A stretch of DNA of 64,000 nt from Gnetum montanum (taxonomy: Eukaryota > Plantae > Gnetophyta), in assembly GCA_015680685.1 (NCBI GenBank), contig MNCI01003064.1:5422-69421 (forward strand), given 5' to 3'. The position numbers and the translations under genes are program-made. Under the pieces are notes generated by a model, which was given only the letters and a program-made list of their open reading frames with translations, was not told the DNA's origin and did not search any database. Below, in pieces: positions 1 through 13,882 of the stretch; the first letter of the stretch is position 1, and each line of letters begins with the position of its first letter.

Positions 1-1680
1 TTGAACTCTTTAAAAAATCCTAATGTTTGATATTTTAATTTAAGAAAATATCCTCAAGAAAATCTTGAAATTTCATCCACTATGATCAACATATATTGGA
101 CTTTTCCTAGGCTCAATGGTTACATGAAATTGCATAGATCCATATGAACTAGATCTAATTTTTCTTGAGATTTATGTTCTTTCCTAGGAAATGGCAACCT
201 TGAAATTTTTACTAGTTGACATATGCCACAATCATGATTATTTGGAAAAGAACATTTTGGCATACCTCTTACAATTTCTCCTTTTTCCATGTAGTCCATT
301 GAGCCAAAGTTGACATGTCCTAACCGAGCATGCCATAACCATACTGTGTTTTTTGTGATAGTGAGACAATGAATATCCTTTTTCATTTGTAACTTGTACA
401 TTTGATTCTTGCTAATAGGAATAACGGTAATACCTTTATCATCATCAGCCTTATAGATTTTATAGACATCTTTTCAAATTCAACATGATATCCATTGCAA
501 CATAATTGCTCCATACTTAATAAGTTTTCTGAAAGATTTGGGAAATAACATATTTTTTACCTTGAGTTGTTGTGAAGGAAACTGATCCAATCTTGGTAAT
601 GGTTAGCTTCTTCTCATTACCTATAGTTACCTTTCCATCATATTTTTCTAAACTTGAGAATAATTTCTTATTCCCTGTCATGTAATTGTTGCATGCATTG
701 TCATCATACCAAATATTGTTTTTTTTGCTAACATTTAGTACCTTTGTAGAGATCAAGAGTTGATCTTCCTCCATTTCAATGTAAAATAATTGCTTACCTT
801 TTTCTAATCTTCATATTCTACAATTTTTTCTTTACCTTTCTTTTCATACTTCTTTCTATACCAACATTCTAGAGAATTGTGCATGTTGGTACCCTAGAAA
901 TCACAATGCTTACCTTCCTTTGATTGATTTGATCTTCCACAACCATGAATTTTAGATTTTTCACAACCATGTCCACATCCTTTGAATGAGGATCCACTTG
1001 AGGATCTTTGATGTTGATTTGATTTTAATTGGATGTCCTTGAAATTATGCTTGAATCCTCATAATTAGCAATCCTTTGCTTGTGTGTCCTCAAGCTTTCT
1101 ATAAGCTCAACAATGGTCATCTTATTGAGATCCCTTGCTTCTTCAATAGTCACAATGATAGGATCATATCATCTGGTTACACTTTGAAGGATCTTTTCAA
1201 TAGCATGCCTTTGCTCAAGTGTTTTCAACAATATTCAAGTCCATTTCACAATTATTATTGAAATTAGCTAATGTATTTATTAATTTTCTCTGAATCTAGC
1301 ATGCACAAAGATTCAAAATATTTTCTTAATACTTGTAACTTGACAACACTAACTTTTGATTTTCCCTTATATGCAATCACTAGTGCATCCCATGTAGCTT
1401 TTCTAGTTTGATGCATGACAATTTTGGGAAAGAATGCCACATATAACCCATATTGAATGATGAATAATGCTTTGTCATCTTTCTTACAAAGCTCCTTGAC
1501 TTCATTCTTTTATTCTTCCTTCAAGGCTTAAAATGTTTCTTGATCAAAATCTTTGAATCCATTTTCAATAAAATATCATAGATCTTGTGAGATAAAACAT
1601 ATCTACATCTCAATTTCCCAATATTCATAATTCTCTCCATTGAAGATTAGCACTTGGAGAGATATAGATCTACAAAACTG
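1..1680 (-). mobile_element. Ty1/Copia LTR retrotransposon fragment (gag, protease, GAG-pre-integrase, start of integrase); degenerate, continues off the window start
   Basis: Minus-strand translations give IFNGENYEYW (gag N-terminus, ~1620-1650), WYDDNACNNYMTG (degenerate protease), LWHARLGHVNF...CGICQLVK (GAG-pre-integrase/Zn) and LDLVHMDLC (integrase start). Many stops and frameshifts. Confidence 0.9.
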
Positions 1681-1686
1681 GTACTA

Positions 1687-2067
1687 TGATGGGCATAGTG
1701 ACTCCTAAATACTAATACTATGTCCAAAAGTGGAATACCACTTGTAATCCTCATTGTTGATCCTAGCAAAAACCAATGAGGAGTTGCCAAAAATGGAAGT
1801 TGAGAAGAATCTCGACTGTGGAGTTGATGTGAAATATAACTTACCTTCATTTCTATATATGTTTATCTTTTTGTTTTCAATTTCTTCTACATTTACATTT
1901 TCATTATCATTTCCATTTACACTTTCATAAGTCTCTGGGTGATTGACTAGACCACCTAGGACACCTTGAATCTCATTTTCAAAGCCCCTTGGAATTCAAG
2001 GTTAAAACTATTCTGGCACTTGGATTTTTGGTTTTTGTTCTTGAAATTGAAATTTCAAGTTCCAACA
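1687..2067. repeat. LTR-like fragment (TG...CA)
   Basis: Starts TGATGGG and ends TTCCAACA. TAAGTCTCTGGGTGATTGACTAGACC at ~1928-1953 resembles the reverse complement of the Tat LTR at ~57263-57290. No TSD seen. Confidence 0.35.
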
Positions 2068-2094
2068 CAAGGTAGAGTATTTAGAGTAAAGAAA

Positions 2095-5000
2095 GTTAAG
2101 AAATGGTTTTAACTATTGGATATTGATAAGGATTAGTTTCTATGGATTCATTAGTGTGATAAATTTACATGGCATCTAGCTAATACATAGCGTGCACAAT
2201 ATATGATCCTTTCCATAAGGTATGAAACTTCATCTCTTGTAGGACAAGATTTGGATTATAATAAATAACTTTATCTCCGGTTTGGATGGATACTTGTCTG
2301 ATTTTGACATCATGTTTATTTTTAAAATACTTTTTATGGATTTCATTACTCATTTCAACTATTAAGTAATTTTCATCTAAGAGATTAAGATTCATTAATC
2401 GTTCTTTTTAAGATAAGTCTAAATTTTGGTTAAGTGTTATGGTAGTTTGAAGGGTGCTTAATTCTATTTGAATTGGTAGAGTAGGAAATTTTCGATAAAC
2501 TAATTCATATGATGAATATCCTATAGAAACTTTCCAAGTTGATTAATATGCCCATAGAGCATCATTAAGTTTAGTATTGTAATCCCTTCTATATCGACCA
2601 ACAATTTTAATTAATATTCTTGTAATGTTTTTGTTAGTTACTTCAACTTAACCATTCACTTAGGGGTGATAGGTCATAATTAATTTATGGTTGATCCCAA
2701 CTAGTTGCATTAAGTTTTTGAATGTAGCTCTAGTGAAATGAACTTCATTATTCGATATTAACATTCATGTTACTTCAAATTTCTTTACCACATGTTATTA
2801 AAAGAATTTTGCAATTTTTCTGGTTGTGCAATCTTTAATTATAGCTAATTCTACCCACTTAGTGTAGTAATTAACAACCACTATAATGTAAGACTTTTCA
2901 TTCAACATCAATGTGATGGACCTCATAAAGGTAATTCTCCAAATGCCACAAGGTTCAAATGATTATATCCATTGTTGTGGTCCTTCATTTTTGGTTGTCA
3001 ATCCTTCATTCATTTGGTATCTTTTACAAGATTGTGAAATTTTTTCCCATCCCTGAATATAATAGGTTAAAAGCAATCTATCATCATCAATTTTAGTGTT
3101 TTCCATCATCCTACATAGTGACCATCACATGGTCCTTTGTGTACATTGTTCAAAACTCTTTGTTAATTTTCTTTTGGAACACACCATTATTTTAATCCAT
3201 CAACACATATCTTGAAAAAATATTCATTAGTTTCCATATATCTTTTTAACTTATGGAGAAACTATTCTTTTTGCTTATTATTTTATTCAGCAGGAAGTTC
3301 TTGTATAGTTAAATATGTCATTTGCTTAATAATCCATGATTTCACTGCTGAATTTGCAACCATTGTTATTTTTGAAAATAAATTTTAATCAAGAAATTAG
3401 TTAGATAATGGTTCATCATTTTTTAAGGTTCCCATTCTTAGTCTTGACAGGTGATCAAGTACAACATTTCTAGTTCCTTTTCTATTAATCATTGTGATGT
3501 CAAATTCTTGTAGGATGATCAGCCATCTTATCACACTTGGACTTACCACTGGTTTATTTATAAGAAATCTTATGGCACTATAGTTATTATGAACATAGAT
3601 AGGATACTTGATCACATAATGTCTAAAATTTTCAAGCACATATAACATAATCCTGTAATGATTTGACTAGCATAGTATATGTAATATGGCTATTTCTAAC
3701 CATCAAGTGAAGTCAACACTGCTTCCAATGCATAGTTTGAAGCATCAGCCAGAATGTGGAAACACCTAAACCAATCCCAACCTTGGAGGATTGGTGTCTT
3801 AATTTTTTTCTATTTTAGGCTCTCAAATGCCTTCTCACATTGTTCTAACCATTAAATGATACATTTTTCTTGGTTAGTTTAACAAGTAGTTTTGCAATCT
3901 TTAAGAAAATTTTAATGAATCTCCTATAGTATCCTATATGAATAAGTAACGATTTAATGTATTTAATTTTTTTTGGCCTTTGAGTGATGTTCTTGATGAC
4001 TCTAATATTATTTGGATCTATCATGATTCCTTTATAAGTTACCTTATGCCCTAGAACTATGCTATCTTGGACCATTAAATGGCTTTTTTGATAATTGAGC
4101 TTTAAAGTAGTCTCAACATATCTTTTTAAAACTTAATCTAAATGGTCTAAAGCTTGTTTAAAATTGAGTTAGTATGTAGAAAAATCATCCATGAATACTA
4201 AGAACAAGTCTTTCAAAGATGGTGGGAGCATTACAAAGGTTAAATGGCATTTACCTGTATGCAAAAGTTCCCCACATACTAGTGAATGCTATTTTCTCTT
4301 GATCCTCTAGTGCAATACGGATCTAATTATATCCATTTTATCCATCCAAGAAGTTATAGTATTGATGTCCCACAACGGTATTCAGGACTTAATCAACAAA
4401 TGGCAAAGGAAAATGGTCTTTGAATGTTACCATGTTCAACAATAAAAAATCTATATAGACCCTCCACTTACCATCCTTCTTTAGGATAATCCATTCATTT
4501 TTTGTAATTAGATATATGAATCTTGATTTTAATAACATTTTCAACTCTTATTTGATAACTTCTTTTAGTTTTGAATTTAATCTTTATTGAGTTTGATAGT
4601 ATGGTTTAATAGCTAGATCAATGTAGATTCGATGTTGATAAATGTGTGGACCAATACTAGTGATCTCATCATAAGATCATGCAAATGTAGTTGATCATTT
4701 ATTTACCACTTCAAAAATTTATCTCTTTTTTTCTTTATCAATATTGACATTTAGGAATACCAATTTCTTGTTGATAAGGAGAGCATATTCAAGAACATCT
4801 AGTAGGACTTTCATTTTTAGTGATTTTGATTCATATCTTTTTGGTATCTCTAAATTTTCCCATTTAATATTCTTTTCTTGTTATAAATTAAGGTGGGAAA
4901 ATTATCTTTATATCTATTCTAGTTTGTATGTTTCTTCAATATAGGCACTCATAATCTTATCCACTAGTTCCATGCATATATTTGACTTTGATCTTTCTTC

Positions 5001-8000
5001 ATTGATTAGCCCCTAGGTGCCTTTTTAATTGGTGGCTACTAGATATACACATTCTTGTACATACATGTCTTCAACACATTTGTTGTAAGTTGTGATAGCA
5101 TAATGTCTTATCATCTAGATTCTTTGCACATAATTACATCCATTATTGCTATATGTAATACATGGAACTCTACACCTCTAAATTATTTCAACTTCATCTC
5201 TCTTGAAAATTTCCAAGGATAGGTCTCTGATTCATCACATAGCATCCAAAGTGCTAAGACATGCTCTTCCATTATGATAGGGAATTATCCTTTTTCTCCA
5301 TGTGGATGACTAGAAAATTAATAGGATATAACCAACCACTCATTGTAGTGATTATGTCTTCCACTTGTCCAAGTGGAATAGTGATTGATTAGTCAACTAG
5401 CTTTAATCATATGTTACTTTTTTTCAGTGGAGGAAGATTCCAGGCCTCATACATATCTTGAGAGATAAGGTTAACTCATGATCTAGAATCTAGTAGAGCC
5501 TTACATCGTTTATGTCCTACTATTTGAAGGTAGACTAAAGGACTTCCTATATCTATTCTCCTCTTAGGAAGTGCTCCTTCTTTAATCTAGTGTATAACTA
5601 TTTTTTTGAGCATGATAGTAGTCAAATTTTTCTTTGTTAATGTTAGAAGCATAGTGTTCTCTTGAGGACTTTTTGTGGATGGGGTAGAGTTAGATGAAGT
5701 CCACATCATTTAAACCTTTTCTAGACTTGCTCGAAAGAAGGGATATTTCCTAGATCTTGGTTCACATGTCATGATGTCCTCTTATATGGTGAATGCCATT
5801 AGCACTCTTTTGTTGTAGCTATGTTGGTAGTTCTCTTTGCATGATTGGTGGTAGTATTGGTGCTAATTGATTGGAATCTTAATAATAGGGACCTAGTACT
5901 AGTTGGAACATGAAAGAATAGAATCCATGCATGAGATTATGGGTCTATGGTATTCAGGTGGATAGTAAGGAGAGGAAGTATGAAAAAATGTATTTCCATG
6001 AAAAATAGAATGTTGTACATAATATCCATAGGGATCTGATTACCTATATGGATATTGGTATCATGGTGGTGGAATTCCTTATGATTTTGGTTGTTGTCAT
6101 TGCTACTGGTATTATTCTTACAATTGAGAATAAGCTCCACTTGGATAGTATGATTACTAGTAGGGTTATTTGAAATTACCTTGTGAATAAGCTAATCACC
6201 TGATAATTTGTTTCTTGACAAACTTTGGATTGAGTACATATTCCTTGGACTCTTGTAACTAAGCCATGATAGGGTAACATCCCTTAGGATTTTCATATTT
6301 GTGCACTTTACAACCTTCTTTATCTTCTAAAATTGATCTATTACTTTCTCGACCATAGCAACTTTCCCTTTATTTTTGTAGTTTTCATGTTAATAGTTTC
6401 CTTTTTCCCTTTTTGTCCTTACTTCTATTAAAGGTTTTTTGAGTCCTTTCCTTCACTATCTTGAGTGATATAGTAAACTTCTCATCCACAAAATCCCACA
6501 TTTTATCTACCTTTATTACAATATCATTGACTAATTTTTAGATAGTTAGAATCTTCCACTAGATTAGATCTTTTAATGTTTCTTCTTGTTGTGATTCACA
6601 TATTCTTACATTCCTTTTTCTAATTGATGGATCTCTATTATACTATTTAGCTCATTCTCTTTTCCTTAGCTCTCCTTTTTCTTTCATTACTTGTTCTATC
6701 AACCATTAGATTCCATGAGTGTTCATCTTAGATAATCTACCTTGGGCATATACTCCAAGGGTTTCTCTTATTTTGTTTCTTAGCCCACGATGATATGCCA
6801 TAGTTATTCCCATTGGGAGAATCCATGGCCTAAGCATCTATGCAATAAGGAATAATACTTTATCATTACTGCATCAATGGAATCATGTGTCCCTTGTTTC
6901 CATCCTTGGATATGTTTTATCAAATTTGACACTTTGGTATAAGTTTGATGCTTATCATTAAATAGCTAGCATGATACTCCATCTTTGAATTGATTTTGGC
7001 TCTACGGATCTATAATAGTCCTTTGCTTTATGAGTATTCTAGAAAGCAACAATTTTTACTAAGCATCATGGAAGTCTTGAAGATGGTGTTATGGATTTGC
7101 ATTATATCTACCTTTAAATTTTTAGATAATATTCATGTAATGTCTCTTGATGCAACTATCCCTTTAATTTATGATAGGAATGTACACAGCTTGTTTGATG
7201 TTGATCATGTTGAGAGTAGCCAATAAATATTATTCATAGTTTTGAGTTCTTGAGCTCTATTGTAGTGGTAACCCCTCTAATTCTCATGATGCTCTCTCCT
7301 TTCATATCTGATCTTTTCTTCCCTATCTTCATAGTCATCTTCCTCTTCATCAACATGCCTTCTTCTATATGCATATCTAGCATAAACTCATCTTCTTCTT
7401 TCCTCATCATGATTACTTAGTCTTCATTCTTTCTTGTTAGAATATGTTGATGAATTTAAGGAAGAAGATGGAGGTGTAGGAGAATAGTGTCATCTAATTC
7501 TCCTTCTATGGCTCATTAAATTATCTCTTCTTCATTCATTGAAGGTCTTAGGCCTTGAATTCCCTCTAAATTTGAAGTCCTTGGTTCTTCTAAGGGTTTC
7601 TACAATAATTGAATGAAGTTTTATTTTAACAAGATCTTCAATGTAAATGATTGATATTTGGGAATGAGTTTCATGAGTTTGATATAATTTCTTAGTGTGG
7701 AATAGAGCATATTTTTTTTCTTCTAAGGCAATTATCTGTGATGCTTTATTTCTTTGTATTTTTCATATCTTGTTTCCATGATGGTATCCCTTCTTTCTTA
7801 AGCCTCCATTGGCCAATATGACCTATTCCTGTTTCTGGTGACTTGATTTCATTCTTGTACATGTTAAGATTTAGCATCATGAGGGCTACCTAAAGCATTA
7901 AAGTTGTTGAACATTTACATGGTAAGACAATGTTAACATGTATGTCTCTCCATTTGAGTTGTTTATCCTCATGAAAACTAAATGTAAAATCAGGATAATA

Positions 8001-8128
8001 AGGATTAGTATGAGTATTGAAATTTTGGTTTGTGTTAGTGCACTTCAGTCTTCTTCATTGTAATCTTTTTCATGACTTTTATTAAGATCAATAACAAGTG
8101 GATATTTTACTCTAGTTGGAGAAGCCAT
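2095..8128 (-). pseudogene. Degenerate gag-pol of Athila A
   Basis: RT motifs FKDHFPLPF, FLDG and VFMDDF (~4180). RH motifs LENFRHY...IRWLIILQEFD. Integrase C-terminus GDKVIYYN...KFHTLWKGSY. Numerous stops. Confidence 0.85.
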
Positions 8129-8254
8129 TTTGGTTTATTTATTGCTTAAGTGGGTATACATTTTTAATAAATTATTCTAAGTGTGAAATATATACTTTAT
8201 AATTGTTGATACAATGAACTTTATAAAATCAACTAACTAGAAAACATTGACACA

Positions 8255-8272
8255 TCCTTGGCAACGATGCTA
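8255..8272 (-). other. Primer-binding site of Athila A
   Basis: Reverse complement TAGCATCGTTGCCAAGGA is a decayed form of the Athila PBS TGGCGCCGTTGCCGGGGA and abuts the LTR. Confidence 0.75.
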
Positions 8273-8273
8273 A

Positions 8274-9116
8274 TGATAAGCAGATGGGTATTCCAACATT
8301 CAACCATACAAGTCACAAGTATTCACATATGACTAGATTATAATATGCAAATGAGTAATGTGAGTATACTAACGAGTTGATATTAGGTTCATGATCATTG
8401 TCTTCCCACTTAGATTTTGTGAGGTGCAAATCATATGGTTTAACTCTTAGTGAGGTATATGATAAACTGATGTTGAGTGGCTCTTAATAACACCAAGTGT
8501 AAATATGGTAAAAATTCTTGTAAATTCTAGGTATAACATATATATAAAAATATTCTATCCTATGATGATAAGCATCCTTTCCTAGTTTTTTGTACATGTT
8601 CTAGGCTCATGAAACTAATACTAGGATTACCAAGTAACTTTACTATTGAGTGAATCAAGCAAAGTCACTACTAGGTTACCAAAAAATTACACTTTATACT
8701 TGAAACTAGTTGTACTTATTCTAACTCACTATTAGACATTGAAATAGTAAATGAATTTGTAAATGTAAATGACTAAATAAAAGTAACCATTATGGAAAAG
8801 TAAAAATATGCTATGTGAGATGCTACAATGTTGGAGAATAATCTCAATCTTTATTGTTGTTCATAAATTATGTCCAAAAATAGTCCACTCGAATAAAGGT
8901 TCCATATAACTATAATTCACCACACTATGGGAATTCACTCTAACTATAACTATACAAAAACCAAACTATAAGAATGTCACTAAGTTTTGGCAAAAACATG
9001 TTCCTTTGTTGTGATGGTGGGTTGGTATTTATAGACATGACTATGGCCCACTACATCATATCTATGATGACATATGCAGAGCTATGATATCATTGCTGCA
9101 ATATCGTAGACTCACA
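8274..9116 (-). repeat. 5' LTR of Athila A
   Basis: Termini TGATAAGC.../...GACTCACA match the termini of element C LTRs. Minus-strand TATA at ~9026-9035 with adjacent GATATC-like motifs. Confidence 0.75.
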
Positions 9117-11324
9117 TAATTCACATTTTATCAATATCTTTCATATTTTTTTAATAAGTCATTATAATGTTTCTCTTTCATAATTTGTTATCTCTCTAAG
9201 AATAAATATCTTCAACATATTGGTAATTAGAGGCCTATTACTATTCTTAACAATAATCATCAAAATTTTAGCTACTCATCTTAATTTCTAATTTTGAGAA
9301 TTTATTTACAATTGATAATAATTTGAATTATGATTTTCCAGGTATTTCTTTAGAAGGATGGTAGATCTATTTTTCCTTTTAATTTGAAAGTTTCTTACAA
9401 GATTATTACAAAGAATGATTTTATCCATAACAAATTCAATAAGACATCAAAAGTATAATTATCATCATATTGTTGGATGAGGAAAATGAAAGATATTTTT
9501 GGAGTTCCTATATTTCTTAAAATTTTTATTTTTTATAGTATCTTATTCATTAAGGTCTTATTATCGACACTCATCAAAAACACATGAGAAATTTTTCTCC
9601 TCAATGTCCTATTTATAATAGAGAATATTTAGTTTTTTATGTTCTTCTGAGTGTCATGTTACTTAGCATGCTTCAAAATAGATATAAAAAATTTGTAACA
9701 ACTTTCAAACAAGTATTAATGAAGTCATTTTTAGTGATTATATTTCTTTTCCTAGTTACTTTCTTTGGATTTGAAGTTATCTTTGACCACTTGTTCTCTA
9801 CTCTATTTATAAGCTTTAGTGTGCAATTATTTTCCAATAGTAAGAGCATAACTATGATCTTTCTTTAGGAACCAAATACCAAATTCTAAAAGATGTCACT
9901 TTTCAGCTACAACTTCAAGAAAAAAAGCTCATAGTGAAAGTTGAACAATTAATTTATTTTCTATAGTAATAATTTCTTTTTATATTGAAGGCTCATGAAT
10001 GGGAAGCTTTTAACTTTTATCACTATTTTCTCTTTATTTATAATTGTTGTATTCTTTTATCCTTAGAGATATTTTTCTCCTCCTTATTATAATAAACACT
10101 TTAGTAATAAGTGAATACACATTGGGTACTTTTAAATGAGGGCATGAAATAATACTTTCCTTATCGTAGAGGGGAGAGTTTTCAGAATTGGTTGTAAATA
10201 TGAAAAGATGAAAAGGAATTCCCAAAATTATTTGGCTTGTTCTTTATACTCTCTCTTTGATGATATGATGTATTCTGAATTTTTTAAATATTATCATTCA
10301 TTTTTTTAGGGTTTGGCACCCTCCCTTTCTATTCTATTTTTAGTTTTGTGGAAAATGTTAAGATTATAAACAAGATGTAGAAAATATTTAGAACTAATGT
10401 AATTCAAATGATTAAGATCATTTTTAAAAAACATGAAGTATAAACAATAAAATGTGAAGTGATCCTTGGAGACAATGTATTGGTACCATTAGTTAACTAT
10501 GTCAACATTGATTGAGGTTCAGAGGTGGAGTTTCAAAAAGAAACTCTTGACACTCAGACTAGGGCCAATAATAATGAGAACAACAATGATATGAATAACA
10601 CCAACTCTATAACATTTAATTATCAACGAAGATTCCTATAGCTTTCCATGTTGAATAATAGAGATGGTGAGCATAAGATCATGCCAAAGGGAGTCATTGA
10701 TCTATTGAAGATCAAGCAACAAGTTTGAAATAAATGTCAAGCTCCTTCAAATGACTTCTTGTGCATCTAGCAAAAAACCTATACTTTTTGAACCTACCCC
10801 TTTAATTTTCATTTCAATAATGTTGTAGTTCATTATTGTGCATATTTCAGTTTACTAATTTATCAATGTGAAGGAGAAATTTCCTGCAATGCCCTATCCA
10901 TGTGAAATTCTAATACTATACCATATTGGTGAAGCTGCATGAACTATGTACAATACATAAATCAAGGAGATGGAAATGAAGGCATTACTAGATGCTTTTC
11001 ATCTTCCATCAAAAGTAGTAGTTGTAGCAAGACAACCATAGCCTTAGCCTTAGCTACCACTACCATGTGCACTAGAGCCTAGTGACGGTCCTTTAGCCCC
11101 TTAGGAGTCTTCACCTTTTAGCACTATTTGATCTTCTCTTTGTCTTCAAAAATTAGAAGATCCTGGCTATTCATTTTTTTAAGGGTATTCAATTTTGTTG
11201 TCTAGGTTACCCATTTTTGGAAATTTTATAATTCTGTACAATTTTACACTTAGATTTAGTTAGTTAGAGTTTGTCAGTCAATAATTCTATACTTTTTAAT
11301 TTTGTAAGAAGATCGATCCAATTT

Positions 11325-11400
11325 TTGTTCACTCAAGAATGAATTTTCCCTTAGTAGTGGGGGTATGATGAATCATTCAATAGGCTACATTAATTGGCAT
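11325..11400 (+). mobile_element. Remnant Athila-type 3' end: PPT and start of an LTR
   Basis: ACTCAAGAATGAATTTTCCCTTAGTAGTGGGGGTA|TGATG matches the pre-PPT/PPT/LTR junctions of B (26959-26998) and C (reverse complement of 28591-28630). Confidence 0.55.
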
Positions 11401-13007
11401 GCATCAACACAACCGTATTGATGCATCGTTAGATGTGTGGAATTACTCCTTCACCCCTTGTAGTAGCCCCTTAGTACCATCAATTGGTCATGGCCTTGGT
11501 TATCTCATTTGTTATAGTTTTTGATGATATTATTTAGGTTGTGATGTGTTGGCTAGTGTTATCCATTGGATTTGTTAATAGACGATTTACTATTTCACAA
11601 ATTGTTAAAGTTTTATCATGTTATGTGACGAATATTCAAATTATTATTATTATAAAGTTTTAATTTTAGTTCATATGTTCTAATGTTTTATGTTTTAAAT
11701 AAGTTTAATGCTTACATTTTTTATGTCATGGGCTATGTTAGTTAAGTATGCAAAGCAACCATAATGTAAACTAGGTTGTAATGGTTATAAACAATTTGCC
11801 AATTTTAGGCCATGGTGGGTAGTATGTTTTGTTAGTTTTAGGCCATGGTAGGAAAGCTACAATTTGATGAAAATAATCTATAAATGTATAAAATAATAAT
11901 TTTTTAGCTTAAGTTAACTCAAAAATGCTAAATATTTTTATTCCTAGCATTTGGATGGTAATGGGATAGCATGTGAGCACTACGGGTTATATCCACAACA
12001 TGTAAGGCCTGATGGGGTAGCATGTAAGCAACAAGGATAAGATTGATAGTATGTGGAATCCAAATTGCCAATATATGACTACTCTATGTAAACATCACCT
12101 GTCTAACACATCATACAAGGCTAATGTACATAATCACATTAGTTAACCATGTAAAGACATCATAATCATAACATATAAAGTGTAATTATAATAAGCTAAG
12201 TTGTTGCCAATAACTCATCAAGATTAGACACGTAATATATAGATCATAACTGTACTATCATATCCAATATCTCTAAAAGAAATGTAACATTATTTTTGTT
12301 GGAGAAATTCTTAAACTATTGAGGTTCATGATATTGTAGTAGATTCAATTCTAATTTTTAGAATGTTCACCCAGCCTCAAACCTAGAGATGTGATGGTTA
12401 CCATTTTTTCTTTCTCACATATGCCCACTATTCTTTTTCTAGTAAAGACTATATTCTTCTTATAAAGTATCTTCTACCATCCCTATTTCATAGAAGTCTT
12501 CAAGTGTGTCATCTATCTGAGGATAGAATGTATGAATTAGAAGATCTTTTTCATTGATTTGAGTTCAATATTTGAAGTTTGTTGATCCTATAGCTATAGC
12601 TTACTAGCCAAACAGAAGTAACTTTTTAATACTAGTATGCAAAAATAACTTGAAACATAACCTACTTCCTATAGTGACATATCCACTACCATAATGCATA
12701 TCTACAGGAATGTAACCTATTAACATGAGAGAATCAAATAAATTCTTATCTCTAAAAGAAAGAGTGAATTTCGAAAGTGTGACTACAAGAGTGTATGTTT
12801 CTAAGTGTTCTTTTGATTATGTGATGATTGCATCTTCAAATTTCTTAAAATGTTTATCGACTAGGGCAATTCAATAAGGGTTCCTCAATCTATAGTTGAA
12901 ATGATGGATATGAATATCGATTTTGGCTATATGAATATAGTTATATTCATGTCTTTTCCATTTCTCAACCTTCCTTAGGGTAAAAAATGAGAGTGATACT
13001 AGTGATA

Positions 13008-13822
13008 AATTGAAACCACTAATCTCAAGGTCGGACTCGCTAAAGTACATACATTGAAAAGATTACATGGGATTAAGACTACTAAGAGGAAAGATCTCAT
13101 GTTCATTTGGAAGTGGAGGTAGCGAAGAACACGATGAACCAGTATAGAAATGAGACAAATAACAAGTGAAAGATGTAGAGTTACTTGACATGTTCCTATC
13201 TGAAGCCATGGGAAGTGATAAGAGAGCATTGAGAAGACCTGATTTGGAATAGCATGGCAACTTACTTTGCCTTCACCAATGGCCTTAATGCATGCCTTAC
13301 CTCTCTAGTAGATTTTCTAGTTCAATAAGTCTCCAAGGACTATAGCTAGTCACATAGGAAGTAGAGCCTCAAAAGAACTTGTAGTAAGCGATATAGAGAA
13401 TTAGAGTTGGCATCAGGGCCAAGTTTTAGTTCTCTATACCCCTTGCTACGCATGATTTCAAGGTTCTATTTCTTGTGTGACTAGTTGTAGTTCTTGGAGA
13501 ATTATTGGACTAGCATATCTACTAGAGGCATAAGGAACATAGTAAGGCCATTAGTAAAGGTGAAGTAAGTCATGGCGCTATTCAAGATCAGGTCCTCTTG
13601 GAACTCTCCTATCACTTCTCATGGTTTCAGATAGGAACATGTTAGGTACCTCTACATCTTACACTCATCATTTATCTCATTTCTATATAGTGTCATCATG
13701 TTCTTTGTTACCTTTGTTTAACATGCAACGTGAGATGTATCCTCTTAGTAGTCTTAATCCTATCCAGTCTTTTCAATGTATGCACTTTAGCAAGTATGAC
13801 CTTAAGATTAGTGCTTCTAGTT
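13008..13822. repeat. ~810-bp imperfect fold-back (inverted repeat) with a ~6-nt loop
   Basis: Arms ~13008-13411 and ~13418-13822 are reverse complements around TTGGC-ATCAGG-GCCAA. ORF-track peptides on opposite strands match (SDRNM...LSHFY...PLSSLNP). Confidence 0.9.
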
Positions 13823-13882
13823 CAGACAAGGTGTATGATACCTATAAAGAGTAATAGCCTAGAAGAAAATCCAAGAACAAGA

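Larger units (their letters stand above)
2090..9116 (-). mobile_element. Athila-type Ty3/Gypsy element A (5' LTR, PBS, gag-pol; 3' part missing)
   Basis: Domain order gag-PR-RT-RH-INT on the minus strand. Athila-type PBS. LTR and gag N-terminus homologous to elements B and C. Confidence 0.88.

Noticed and set aside
1676-1690. Possible Met PBS (TAGTACCAG) for the first Copia
   Set aside because: Two mismatches, and too close to gag-like codons to leave room for a leader and ATG.
9584-9868. Hydrophobic 94-aa ORF as a membrane or env-like protein
   Set aside because: Explained by T-rich composition, with no recognisable motif.
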